From assembly GCA_951406725.2 (NCBI GenBank), contig OX597822.1:32922001-32986000 (forward strand): a DNA stretch of 64,000 nucleotides. Reading direction: 5' to 3'. The stretch comes from Octopus vulgaris (taxonomy: Eukaryota). Position numbers and translations under genes: made by a program. Positions within the stretch are counted from its first letter, which is position 1, and every line of letters starts with the position of its first letter. Below, one piece after another: positions 50,973-64,000 of this stretch. The notes under the pieces are model-generated. The model was not told the origin of the DNA. It made no database searches and saw nothing but the letters and a program-made list of their open reading frames with translations.

Positions 50973-52119
50973 AGTCCTTTGCGAAGGACCAAGTTCTGAC
51001 GACAATGTATAAGTGCTTGTGCCTGGCTGGTATTTAACTACTTCAACCAAGGCCAAATTTTCTACAACAGCTCTCCTGATCTTGGTTTCACTTCGAGGCT
51101 GGTGTCACCTCTGTTGAAACGTCTGAACAAGTTTTGTGCCACCTGTTTGATGACAGTTCCTAGGCCTTCCACCTCATTAATGTTTTTTTATCGCTGCTCA
51201 TGAAATCAGGCCATTTCTCCACAGACACCATAAAATGGCTCTAATCGTAATATTTACATCACGAATTATCAAAGCTGTAAAATGAAATGTGAAATATTTC
51301 TTCCTTATGTATGAAATAGAGAATAGACGATTCAGCAAAGATTGGACAGTTCTATCGAATTAAATGTATTCACATGGAGGTGCCAGTTGCTAAAAGTCAT
51401 CAATGGAATCTGAAGAAACTTTTGACTCAAGGTGGTATATATAGAGAGAGACACCCGACGGTTTGTCGACACTAACAGCCTTTATTAAATGTTTTAAATG
51501 CATAAAATCTGAACTTATAGATTTATACAATTTCTCTCTCAGCAGCATAACCGATGCTTATTGATATGTTTAAGCATATATACATAAATTCATAAATGCA
51601 TACAAAATTACATACATAAATTCATACATACATTCATAAATACATACATAAATACATGCATACATACATACATACATACATAAATACATACATTTCTCAT
51701 CATAACGAATCTCTTACGTACACTTTACTAGGTTTATCATACAAATTAACAAAAATCGCTCTGACATCCGGCTTGTAATCGAAAATCGCATCTCTTAAAC
51801 TATTACATTACTACCTCTAACACAAACCTTTTCCTTTGGCTCATATCGATCGTTTATAAATACGTGTTCTTCTTTTTTATGTTCGTTCCCTCAACAACAA
51901 TAATTACAGTTTATGTTTGAAATTACTTCGTTATTCCCTTCTAATTAATAGTTCCTAATTTTTTGTACATTATCTAAGGCGTTCTATTACAGCACTTCGC
52001 AATTTACCTACAGCTAGTTTGCTCCTCATAACTATAGAGATAGCACGTACGCACATACACTTGCGCACACACATACATACATATACATACATACATACAT
52101 ACATACATACATACATACA

Positions 52120-52151
<32 letters not shown>

Positions 52152-52154
52152 ATC

Positions 52155-52382
52155 TTTACTCTTTTACTTGTTTCAGTCATTTGGCTGTGCACATGCTGGA
52201 GCACAACCTTTAGTCGAGCAAATCGACCCCAGGGCTTATTCTTTGTAAGCTTAGTACTTATTCTATCGTTCTCCTTTGCCGAACCGCTAAGTTACGGCGA
52301 CGTAAACACACCAGCATCGGTTGCCAATCGATGCTGGGAGACAGACACAAACACACAAACATACACAGACACAAACACACAC

Positions 52383-52436
<54 letters not shown>

Positions 52437-52668
52437 GGAGAGTTTACGAAAAAAATCAAAAGACGAAGACAGGTGGTGTAGAAAACAAACAGATGTATTA
52501 GTATAGATCTCAGGAATAGAAAAAGACTTTTACGTTTCGAGCCTACGCTCTTCTACAGAAAGGGACACAGAAAAAACAAGGAGAGAAAAATATGTGTGTA
52601 GTGGCTAATGATCTATCATGATGGCGGGCTTCTTTCAGTTTCCGTTTACGAAATCCACTCACAAGGCT
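52155..52668 (-). mobile_element. SINE family B copy interrupted at its internal (TA)n by a ~190-bp element (52435-52622)
   Basis: 52155-52385 is the reverse complement of the family B 3' half. 52623-52668 (GGGCTTCTTTCAGTTTCCG..AAATCCACTCACAAGGCT) is the adjacent 5' half. Confidence 0.8.
52527..52562 (-). ncRNA. Ultra-minimal hammerhead-like motif (CUGUAGA-A core)
   Basis: Minus strand: CUUU, CUGUAGA-A, stem II GAGC-GUAG-GCUC, GAAAC-GUA (ACGU palindrome), AAAG. Confidence 0.5.
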
Positions 52669-52725
52669 CTTCAATTACATTTATTACAAAACACCCTTTT
52701 GCTTTTAAACTCGAAATAATAATGA

Positions 52726-52772
<47 letters not shown>

Positions 52773-52863
52773 ATATATATATATATATGTATGTATATAT
52801 ATATATATATGTATGTATATATATATATATGTATGTATATATATATATATGTATGTATGTATG

Positions 52864-52932
<69 letters not shown>

Positions 52933-53096
52933 AAGCAATTACGCGGATAAACAAATTACACAATGTTTATACGCATAAATACTTCTATGCCCGGTTGGTC
53001 CCTTTTATAACCATTCTTTACCCCATGTGAAATGATCTCCTCTAACGGCTTTGAAGTGCCTTCTATACTGAGAATATCTGGATCTCACATGTAACC

Positions 53097-53175
<79 letters not shown>

Positions 53176-53388
53176 CATATAAATCTCTAGAGATTCTCTT
53201 GTCTCATTGCAAAAATCGGGTATCACGGCAGGAAATCATAGCGTTTAACTAATGGAAATAAATATAACGTATTCAATTATGCTATCAACTGTTACTGACG
53301 TTTCTAGTCAAGGTCGTCGAATTATTATTACTTTTACGAATAAATACTCGGTTGCACACACACACATACACACAAAAACGCAAACGTG

Positions 53389-53460
<72 letters not shown>

Positions 53461-54081
53461 ATATATATATATATGGGTGTCCATGGCTACAAACATATAC
53501 ATATATATGCACATGTATGCAGATATATATAGATATACTCATGCACATGTGCATATACATCTGTTTTGTATTTATATTAGTAGTTAATTATTTAATCAAT
53601 ATTGATCCCATCCTCAAGATTTCATTTCCTATTCAGACATGAAATACATCAATACAAAGTGTAGCTGTTGGCAGCTGTTTTATTTTTGTTCATCATTTTG
53701 TTCTCTGTTGCTTTTATTGTTGTTATTCTTTGTCAGTGAGCGATTTATTATTATTTTATAGTTAACTTAAATATACTTCAGTATTTAAATGAAGTAGTTA
53801 AATGAAATAATTTCTATTTGTAATTTATTTTTATATTCTATTAATATTATCATTATTATATTATTATTTCGAGTTTAAAAGCAAATGGATGTTTTGTAAT
53901 AAATGTAATTGAAATTCTTAATATATTATAAATGTTTATATTTAAATATATGGAAATGCTTTCAGATATTTATTTAAAATTATTATTGATTTTCATTAAA
54001 ATACGTCATGACAAATATATACTAAAACAATTATTTTATATAATAAATTTATACTGTTTATGTTTATCAGATAATCGTTAA

Positions 54082-55319
54082 CTAACAAAGGGACCCCGAG
54101 TGAAATACTGAGTTAATAGTTCATATCTCGGTACAAATAGCAATTCTAATGCTATGAGCAATGAAAAAAGGTTACTACCTTTTTAATCACTCTGCAAATA
54201 AGACATTTCGTATTTACCGCCTAATAAGATACGTTTATTCTTATTTTTTATTATATAAATATAGAATACTCTGCGTATAATGCAGCCGCAAACGAAATGG
54301 AAACCAAGAGCCATAGGCAAAGGAGCTAGAACATAAACCATCTAGGCACAATAATCATTACTTATAACAAAATATTGAAAAGAAGCCAAATTAATACAGT
54401 CTGTTGGTACAAACGTACGAAAAGTTGCTTACGGTTCGTCGGCACTTATATTTATACAGTTTATACCAGCATACATATCTTACAAGTAATGTGTCTTACA
54501 TCATTTAATGAGGGTGTTAGCTTTAAGAAACGTTTGTTTGTAATCTAGATGAAAATTTCTCCTCGAAAAATGAAAGGAATGTTAACAAACTTGAATCCAC
54601 TTGTCAGCACTTTGCAATGAGCGAATGGCATTAGAGCCATAGCGTCAGTGCACTCCTATGGTGGTTGGGGATCTCAACACAAAATATCACAGCTAGAAAT
54701 ATGCATTTCGTTTCCTTTATGGCAATTCTCTTGACAACAATACAAATAGCTCTGTAGTTGATCTGAAAGAAAATAAATTTGAACTACTGTTTCCCCATAA
54801 CGCAGATTAATGATAAATTTATGGTTTCATACTATATTCTGGTATACAATCACAATATTGTATTTATATAAGCGGAAACTTCCATTTTCTTCTCTAAAAC
54901 CACTTAAAGGTTTCTTTCAATAAGTGTTTGTGTCTGTGCGTGTGTGTGTGTGTGTGTGTGAGAGAGAGTGTGTATTCAGCGTGTTTCCCGTATATCAACA
55001 AAGCACTTGATTTCCACGATGGAAAAACAAACAACAAAAGTCTTAACACTTACTCGTCCCTAGAAGGGGATTTACCTCCTGTTTGCAAACAATGGTGATA
55101 TCTCCGACATGAAAATTATTAAAAGTTTTGGTTGAAAATTGATTTTTACTGCTATTCGCTGCTGCTTCTGGTAAAAATAAGTTGTCGAAAATACAGCTAG
55201 GGTCATGAGGAATTTCCATCTAAAACTGGAGCGACATCCGTGCTAATTTGTGGACGTGCATAAATTACATTCACGTACACACAAACACACACACACATCC
55301 TGCTTTTTATATACACAGA
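54082..55319 (-). mobile_element. Possible old Helitron-like element
   Basis: The right end ACACACACATCCTGCTTTTTATATACACAGA|T resembles the TC terminus of 123-503. The putative other end A|CTAA..CCCGAG.. is degenerate. Confidence 0.3.
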
Positions 55320-56695
55320 TAATCATAAAAGAACGGGGAATTAGAGACAGGGTTGGGATTAAGAGTCAAGTTCATCTAGATGAATTGCACACTATTCAGT
55401 ACAATAATATTTAGTGAGTTTAGGATCTGTGTTATCATTTTTACAGGCTGCAAATATGTTTCCACTCTCATGCTTTAGAACTGTGGGTTCTTGTATCAGG
55501 AGCAGTCGTTCACCCATTTGAAATGATGCGATTATTCCAGTATTGGTAGCAGACAGCCAATGAATCGAAATGATCCGATTATTTTTACAGATCATGTCTC
55601 TTCTGCTATGGATTTAGCCATAACTATTGGCGCTTATACGTTTCGCACAACCCTAGCCAAGCTGCGAATGTAATTTTGAGTTGTTTCCTAAAATGATTTC
55701 GAAGCATCAATATATAATTTCATAAAATAAAGACATAGCAATGACTAGATATATGTGTGTATGCGCCCATGTGTGTTTACGTGTGTGTGTGTGTGTGTGT
55801 GTGTCCGTGTGTATTTGATAGAACAGATGAATGGAGTTTAAATTTGCGACAAATGTTTCGTGAAATTTATATTTTATGTAGTGATAATAGATTATATCAT
55901 GCATTACGTAGATTTCCAAATCTTATCCGAATAATTTTAAAATAGTGAACCATGACTATTGGTACTCGGAGATATGTATATGCATACATACATATATATA
56001 CATATATAGGCAATTATGCGGATAAACAAATCAGATACGTTAAATATATTAAATATGATAGTTTGGGTATGAAATTCGAAATATGTATATATGTATACTA
56101 TCAAACCAAGAGAATGCAAAAGATGCCGACTTACGGATGACGAATTCTTAAGTCTAAATATATAGATATCTGTATTAATAGGTCGAACTTACACAGAGTA
56201 CAAATGACAGGGAAATTTAAAGGGGCAGCAGAAAAGTGTTATATATAAAATATTCGTTTTTATTTTTACTCAACTTTGCGATAAAATATTTCTATGCCCG
56301 CATTAGTGTTTTCACATATATGTGAGAACTTTCTTAATGTGGTTCGCATTTCGTATTTTGTTTTTAGTGCCATGATGGATGATCAAAAACTCTGCGTGTT
56401 AAAATTTGTAGTGATTTTCTTCCGCGAAACATTTTTGCTGTTGTGGAAGGAAATTAGGTAGTCACGTTTGAAAAAGAGAGTGTCTGCGACTCCTTATTTC
56501 GAAAATCAGTATGTGTCACGCGTATAGTGTTTCGTCGACGGCGTTTACTTGCTTTGAGAAACATGTGTCATGAGAGACTGTACATAAGCTACCAATGCCT
56601 TAACTGGTCATTACTTACGAAACAACCTAACAACCAGTCACGGTATCAGTATAAGTTTCCAGACAAGCTCATTCATGTTTAGAGTTAATTAAGAA

Positions 56696-57222
56696 TATAG
56701 ATGTTTTCGATCTAGTTTGGAATCTTTGCCATCAAATTTGAATTCTTTGCAATCAAATTTGAATTTTTCAATTAGTGCTCAAGCCTTGAAAAATAGAATT
56801 AAACTACATCAGCCGTAAGGGAATACATGTCTATCTTATCTAACTCGTACAGGATAGCCCACCAAAAGTTCGATGAAATAACTCATGAACACTGCGATAG
56901 CTTCTACCAAAAGATGCTCCGTTACGTTGTCCGGTCTGATCAAGGGGAGATAATAAACCAACGATTCCTTTTCTATCATGTCCCCTTGTTCAGACCGGTC
57001 AACGTAACGGAGCATCTTTGGTAGAAGCTATCGCAACGTTCATGAGTTGTTTCATCGAACTTTTCAGATATTGGTGGGCTCTACTGGACTGGTCAGATAA
57101 GACGGCTGATGCAGTTTAACTTTTTTTTTCAAGGCTTGAGCATCAATTGAAAAATTCAAATTTGATTGCAAAGAATTCAAATTTGATGGCAAAGAATCCA
57201 AATTAGATCGAAAATATCTATA
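56696..57222. mobile_element. Foldback MITE (~527 bp, almost entirely palindromic), TA-flanked
   Basis: Arms TATAGATGTTTTCGATCTAGTTTGG..CAAGGGGA / TCCCCTTG..CCAAATTAGATCGAAAATATCTATA, with a ~30-bp central loop and internal CAAATTTGAATT subrepeats. Confidence 0.9.
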
Positions 57223-57316
57223 ATAAAAGACAAAAATAACAATTTCAGACAGGCTAAAACAAAAATATGAAGGAAATACATAGTAAGATAGGATACTAAA
57301 TGGTATTTAAATTGTG

Positions 57317-58673
57317 AAAGACTGTAACTGAAAAAAAGTATTACATTTTGAACTTTGCAAGTTAAAAAAAAAGAGAAAAATGACGTAAATTTTAACCGTT
57401 AATGAACAGGTTTCTATAAGTTTTGGTAAACTGTGATAAAAAGTTTTCTTTTGTTTTAAAAACAGAAATTTATGTATCATTTCACATATCATCTTTCATG
57501 TGTTTTATGTTCCGCACGGTTTTTTTAAAGTCCCTTCTATATTTAAGCCTTGTGCCTGTAATAAAGGGAAAAAGTCAATAATTTTAGTAACGAAAACATA
57601 TATATATAATTTGCCATGCATGTTACCGATCAAACTACAGACCACTGCTCAAATAAAGGGATCTTTTCGGTTTGAAGGGCAGTTTTTTCTAGCGGTGTCA
57701 TATGAAATTGTCACCCATAATTATGACCCTAGTATCGATCTATTGCATTTCAATCTGTTTTAGGGTTAGGGTTAGTTAGGATTAGGATTAGGGGTGGAGG
57801 AAGTGTATCTTTTTTTCTTCACAAATGTAAATAAACCCAATCTGTTTCTTAAACGAGAGACATATTCATACAGCACAGAATACTTTTTTTACCTCAATAG
57901 ACGTCACTGATTGGGTGAAATTGCAGGAATTGAAGAAAAAAACATCAAATATCTTACAAACTATAGAATTTTCTTAAGAAAGCCAAGAGAAAACAGATGT
58001 TTTATAAACACATTCTACCAGTATACGAAGTTTAAAATTTTTTAGTTACCTAGAAATTATGTTAAGTATTGTCGTTCAAACCGAAAGGATCCAAAGACTG
58101 TAACTGAAAAAAGTATTACATTTTGAACTTTGCAGATTAAAAATAAAGCGAAAAATAATGTAAATGTGAACCGTTAATGAACAGGTTTCTTTAAGTTTTG
58201 GTAAACTGTGATAAACAGTTTTCTTTTGTTTTAAAAAAAGAAATTTAGATAAAGAAATTAAGAAAGAACAGTATAAACAATTAGTGTAAAAGTTATAATG
58301 CTAATGCTGAGCACAAAGGAAGAAGTCGCAGTTTCGACTCAGAACAAAACTAGACGTTATCGAAAAGTTTAAGTGTAAAAAGGAATTCACGGTTTCGTCT
58401 CGCAACGGGAGCGAGATGACCGTCTCATTTGCATTATTTATGTATCATTTCACATATCATCTTTCATGTGTTTTATGTCCCGCACGGTTTTTTAAAGTCC
58501 CTTATATATTTAGGCCTTGTGCCTGTAATAAAGGGAAAAAGTCAATAATTTTAGTAACGGAAACATATATATATAATTTGCCATGCATGTTACCGATCAA
58601 ACTACAGACCACTGCTCAAATAAAGGGATCTTTTCGGTTTGAAGGGCAATTTTTCTAGCGGTGTCATATGAAA
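57317..58673 (+). repeat. Imperfect tandem duplication bracketing a TTAGGG-containing MITE
   Basis: 57317-57472 matches 58093-58247, and 57468-57707 matches 58436-58673. Confidence 0.9.
57659..58092. mobile_element. MITE with TIRs GGATCTTTTCGGTTTGAA and internal telomere-like repeats
   Basis: Left GGATCTTTTCGGTTTGAAGGGCAG, right TTGTCGTTCAAACCGAAAGGATCC. AAAG lies on both sides, and TTAGGG/TTAGGA repeats occupy 57760-57793. Confidence 0.8.
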
Positions 58674-60422
58674 GCCCACCTATCATAATGAATTATAAGA
58701 GACAAAGAAGAAAACTTCAATTGTAATTTTTGTGATATTCATTAATGAAAAAAAAAAAATTAATTGTTGAAATGTAGCCACTCGACTTCGGGGGCCGAGG
58801 GGGGATTGCGCCACATTTATATCTTTTTCATATTTTCATTTCTTTCTTTTATATTTTCGTCTTAATTCATCTTCTTTTTGCATTTTAAGTTCCCCGAGTT
58901 TATGTTTGTCTTGTTTTGCATTGTCCCATTCTGTGTATAGCCCCTTGTGGGTAATATAAAATCAAATATTGATAAAGAGGCAGTAATTGTGCAACGAATA
59001 TTTTGAACCACAAAAATTAACAGAAGGCTGAAACATATGTTTTCATATGTAATTAATAAGATCTATTTATATTCTTATATATATTATACATATTTTTTTA
59101 TATTCACACGTATTTATTCACCTATTTTATATTTAACACTGAAACATATTAGTAGTGAAGATAAATATATATTTCGGTGTCCAAGATACTAGAATTTTAA
59201 TTCAGCGTTTTAGTGCAGAATTTAGTTGTTCAACGATCACAGTTCCTTTCAAAAGACATGTTATATCGTCATCGCATCAACAATCATACATCAATTTAAT
59301 TTCTTCTGACACAAATGTATTGAATCATCTCCAAAGTAAATTCAAGTGACCACTACAGAGATTTTAATTACAGTTAGATGAATTAATTGAATGGCAAACT
59401 GCCGGATATAGAGTCAATAGTATACTGCCCGTATCCTGTAGCTAACACTAGACTGTCCATAGACGAGACGCTTCAAAAGTACCTTTGCTATAAATCATGC
59501 ATGTATCTAAACGGTTTCTTAAATGAAAACGGACTTAAGGGCTGATTCCTCTCACTAGTTTTACTTAGTTAGATATTAACTTTCACTTTGGACAAAACAT
59601 TAATGTAACCCAGATACCATTATTGGATAATCCAACAGTTCTTATTGTTCATGAAGAATCTAATTGCCCAGATACACAGATACGAAGGAAAATATTTACT
59701 TCCGATTTGTGAAGAATGTTTATTTGTCGGTTCAATAGTGTTTGCACTATTTCGCTTCAACATCTAAAAATTATTCACTTATTAGTTATTATAAGAATTT
59801 AGTGTTTCCTATTTATACGTTATACAATAAAAAGCGGTTACAATCTTTTAATTGCTAAACACATGATCGATGAAATTCAATTAAATACAAGGAGAGTAAA
59901 TATATTTCAACCCGGTTTGGTTTCATCAAAAATAAGGAGCTTCACAGTATATTTCTCAAAGTATTGATCTTGCTGGGTTTTTTTTATATATATATTATAT
60001 GTCTAAAAAGCTATATGAGATATAATCGACCCCAAAATAAAGAGTCAATTGTATTACAAGATAACAATGAAAGGAAAAATATTAGACTTTCCAAAGGGGA
60101 TATCGGCTTGCAAGGATAAAATCTTTTAATCAAATACTTTTTTCCTTCCCAATTTCCCGCACATAGGATAGAAATAATTTGTTTCCCTTTTTATTCTTAT
60201 TTAACCAACAGTGGAATTATTTATATGCATATACACATATACACACTCGCATTCACATATAATACTCACACACACACACACACATATGTATATGTATACA
60301 TTCAAAATGTGACCACGTGTATACATATATATATATTATTTATAGATGTATATATATATATATAAATATATATATATTATGTATAAGTATATATATATAT
60401 ATATATATATATTATGTATAAG

Positions 60423-60501
<79 letters not shown>

Positions 60502-60832
60502 CATACATATAAGAGAGATGACATCCATTTTGCTATAAGTGATAACAATGAAACTAGTTTGTGATTAATCTGTATATTTTGTATCTTTTCATTTGTCTTG
60601 CTCGCTTTTTTGGCGTTTGCTAAATTTTCTTGAGAACATTCCTTTCATAGTGATAAGACCATAGGGGGTCGACTTCTAGCAAAATGGATGTCCACCTAGT
60701 GGTCATCTCCCTTATATATATGTAATATAATTTTTCTGATTTTTTATATTTTTATATTTGCTAGACCACTGATTTTAAATTGTTATTAGTCAATTTTTCA
60801 CCCTTATTATTTTAAGTTTACATATATAAATT

Positions 60833-60876
<44 letters not shown>

Positions 60877-60969
60877 AACAAACACAAATAAAAAAAATAG
60901 GAAATGAAGAAGATAAAATCCATGCTCCATATGTTTCATAGCTAACAGAACCAAGTAGTAATTATCCAG

Positions 60970-61400
60970 AGCCGGCGAGCTAGCAGAAAAATTAGCACAC
61001 CGGGCGAAATGCCTAGCTGTATTCCGTCTGCCGTTACGTTCTGAGTTCCAATTCCGCCGAGGTCGACTTTGCCCTTCATCCTTTCTGGGTCGATTAAATA
61101 CCTACCAGTTAAGCACTTGGGTCGATATAATCGACTTAATCCGTTTGTCTGTCCCCTCTATGTTTAGCCCCATGTGGGCAATATAGAAATAAGAAACGTT
61201 AGCACGACGGGCGAAATGCCAAGCGATATTTCGTCTGCCGTTACGTTCTGAGTGGAAATTCCGCCGAGGTCGACGTTGCCTTTCATCCTTTCTAGATCGA
61301 TTAAATAAGTACCAGTTAAGCACTTGGGTCGATGTACTCCCCTTGTCTGTCCTTGTTTGTCTCCTCTTTGTTCAGTCCCCTGTGGGCAATAAAGAAATAA
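60970..61400 (+). mobile_element. Tandem dimer of SINE family C
   Basis: Two collinear units, 60970-61195 and 61192-61400, each ending ..CCCC.TGTGGGCAATA.AGAAAT. Confidence 0.85.
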
Positions 61401-61739
61401 ATTATTCAGATGAAGAGTCATCCGCTAGCTCCTCGTCCGGTTCCTCAGTCTTCCTAGTTCCTTTTAATTTTGTATTACTGTTCGAAGTTGTCTCCGTCTT
61501 TTAATGGCAAATATCTCAGTTAATCGAAGTTTGTCAACTCGCTGTATTACATTTGTGTGACTCTAGCGTGCGTGACTTTAGTATGCACAACGCTTCTCTG
61601 AGTTATGACATCAACTTCGTAACCGTTCCCCCGTGAGAATGGGAATTGTTATTAACTCCATACGGAGGGGAATGGCGATGATGAAATCTAGGTGAAAATG
61701 ATGAATTATTATCATTTCACTAAGATCTTTCTCCTCTAC

Positions 61740-61852
61740 AGCATCGTCGTTAACATCATCATCACCAAAAATAATTTCATCAACAGCATCATTATCTCTA
61801 TCATCATTATTGTCATTGTTGTCGTCCTTGTCGTCGTCATCATCATCATTAC

Positions 61853-61897
<45 letters not shown>

Positions 61898-61915
61898 CAT
61901 TATCATCATTATTAC
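61740..61915. repeat. (ATC)/(GTC)/(ATT)n trinucleotide low-complexity tract
   Basis: Direct inspection. Confidence 0.9.
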
Positions 61916-64000
61916 TGATAACAAAATTTATCACCATGAAATAATTCACAGTGATAAAAATGATTATATGCATATAAGGCTTGAACTACAAACCAACCGA
62001 TGCAATAGTATTTTCTTAAGCATTGTCCATGAGATGAGAATTTCTTTAAAATATTCGTTATCATCCAGAATAATTTTAAATATTTAGTAAATAAATGCAT
62101 AACGTACAACACCGTGTCCACTAAAATGAGAATTATGTGTTGTAGTATTTCAACATTTACATGGAAGCAAATCTTCAGCAGATCAAAATATAACGGTTTA
62201 ACGATTTAAAAAAATGGTTTAATTACAACTCCTACAACATTTTGTCGTGTTATGTCACATCGAGTTCTATTTCAATAGCGTTGAAGCAAGAGTGGTTGTT
62301 TTCGTTTGACCTTTACTAATTCATAATGTCAGATTCTTAATTATTATTTTGAAAACAATAAAAAAATTAATGGCCTTAAATGAAACATTTAAGATTGCAT
62401 AGTTACATGATAAGACTGATACAAGATAGTGGTATTTTTAGTAATTTTTTCTTTACAGTGTTAATTCTCTTTCTTTTGTTCTGCGTTCAAATATTGCCGG
62501 AGCCAAATTTCATTTAATTTTCATGATCTTCAAAATAGAATGGAATTCATAAAGCTATTATTGCAGTGCTGAGCTTGGCAACATTTAATTTTCATTTCAA
62601 GCTGATGTTAAATTAACATTTTCGTTATCACATTAGTTATTTTATTTGATGGTGTTTTATGACAAATTTATTCTAAGTGGGGAATGTTCAGTCCCTAAAT
62701 GGTGAACCGTCGCCCACAAAGTTCCTACCGGAAGTAGCGTGATCTGCATTGATGATAAAAATGAAAATATTAACATTTCTAACGTTTAAATTGATGGTCC
62801 GTTATGGAACATTGATAGCATTCGTTTTAAAATAAAAGCAGTCTTGTAGAACCCAGTTCAATATGCTGGTCCCTCGATTCCATTTTGATCAATATGTCAT
62901 TCAAGTATGGGACAGCAAACTCATAGTCTGCTAGCATAGTGTCCATCACTTGCTGAAATATTGCTGGTGCGATGCTAACCATAAATGGTAGTCTTTTGAA
63001 AAGGTATACACCTTTACGAGTAATACCATGCCATCTAAATATTCGATATAAATGACTATTCTCATTTACCTGAAAACAAAGATTAGCGTTAAAGGGACAT
63101 CATATTAGCCTACTGCAGGACTTCATTTTCTTCATACCTACAGGTTTCCGAGCGTAGCACTGGTCAACACTGTCGCTCTAATATGACAGTGATCGATCAC
63201 TTACTCTTGTTGCTTATTTTTCCCATTGCAGAATGGACTGGAGTAACAGTGGAAAAGAGATATATACACGTATATATATACATCTACATATATATGCACA
63301 TGTGTTTGTAGATATATATATATTTATACATATATATACATATATACGCATATATATTTATATGCATACATGTATACAGGTATATCATACACACACACAT
63401 ATATATATATATAACGTTATTAATTTTCTTTCATTTTGCTAGATAAGTTGCTTTCGTTTTAACTTTATTCTTCATTGTAAAGTAAATTAATTCATTAATG
63501 GTAAATGTACACTATACAACAAATAGTGAAATTGAATATTGTTTGCAGAAGCCTTCTTTCCATATATAGAATAATTAATTTCAATTTTCGTCGTATGTTT
63601 ACCAATGAAGGATAACTAATTAATCTGGCTATTGATAAAGGAAAGGAAAGGAAAATGTAAACTTATGATAGGGGTGGGCATTTGCCGAACAACTAGGTCA
63701 TGCACATTCTGATCTAAAAACAATATAACATTTCTAAATTTTCGTATATCAAACTTTGCAATACTTTCTCAAATAACGACACACAAAGAAAAATGATATT
63801 AAGAAACACTGCCAAACGAAAATGACAATATGTAACCATTTATGATGAAACACCCCTGAGTAACTTTCCTATTTTCATCAAGCTCGGAGACTTATATACA
63901 ATAATGCAGTTAACGAAAACCGAGCATTTGATAATTCGTATGTATTAAAAAAAAAAGAAAAGAATCACCATGCATTCAGAATTATATATCCAATTATAAA

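Noticed and set aside
55392-55660. Possible exon or ORF in a GC-richer patch
   Set aside because: The frames I read after the candidate acceptor stop within ~35 codons, with no recognisable peptide or donor site.
57760-57793. Interstitial telomere or chromosome fusion site
   Set aside because: Only a few degenerate TTAGGG units, and they are internal to a TIR-bounded repeat.

Overview
This is very AT-rich, microsatellite-dense eukaryotic non-coding DNA. The repeat content (several tRNA-derived SINE families, very long (TA)n/(TACA)n/(AGAT)n tracts, RTE/CR1 LINE ends, mariners) suggests an octopus or other coleoid cephalopod, but that is inference. I find no convincing host protein-coding gene, and almost all supplied ORFs are microsatellite read-through. 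The real coding remnants are all transposable elements: a near full-length decayed Penelope-like element (RT + GIY-YIG, 21.1-24.6 kb) inside ~270-bp inverted terminal repeats, a full-length decayed mariner (43.9-45.2 kb) plus several deleted mariners, a Gypsy LTR element with LTR/PBS/gag/RT (4.2-5.7 kb), and RTE and CR1 LINE 3' ends. There is also a clean 381-bp Helitron inserted in a mariner start codon, plus MITEs and tandem duplications. The most interesting signal is a set of at least six dissimilar short (130-400 bp) elements lying in or beside (TA)n tracts. Two are large palindromes, and each carries a minimal type I hammerhead-ribozyme-like motif with a non-canonical or truncated core (CCGA, CGGA, CUGAUGC, CUGUAGA). 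They look like a diverse non-autonomous, retrozyme-like system that could depend on the TA-flanked Penelope-like element. All folds were read by eye and none is experimentally tested.
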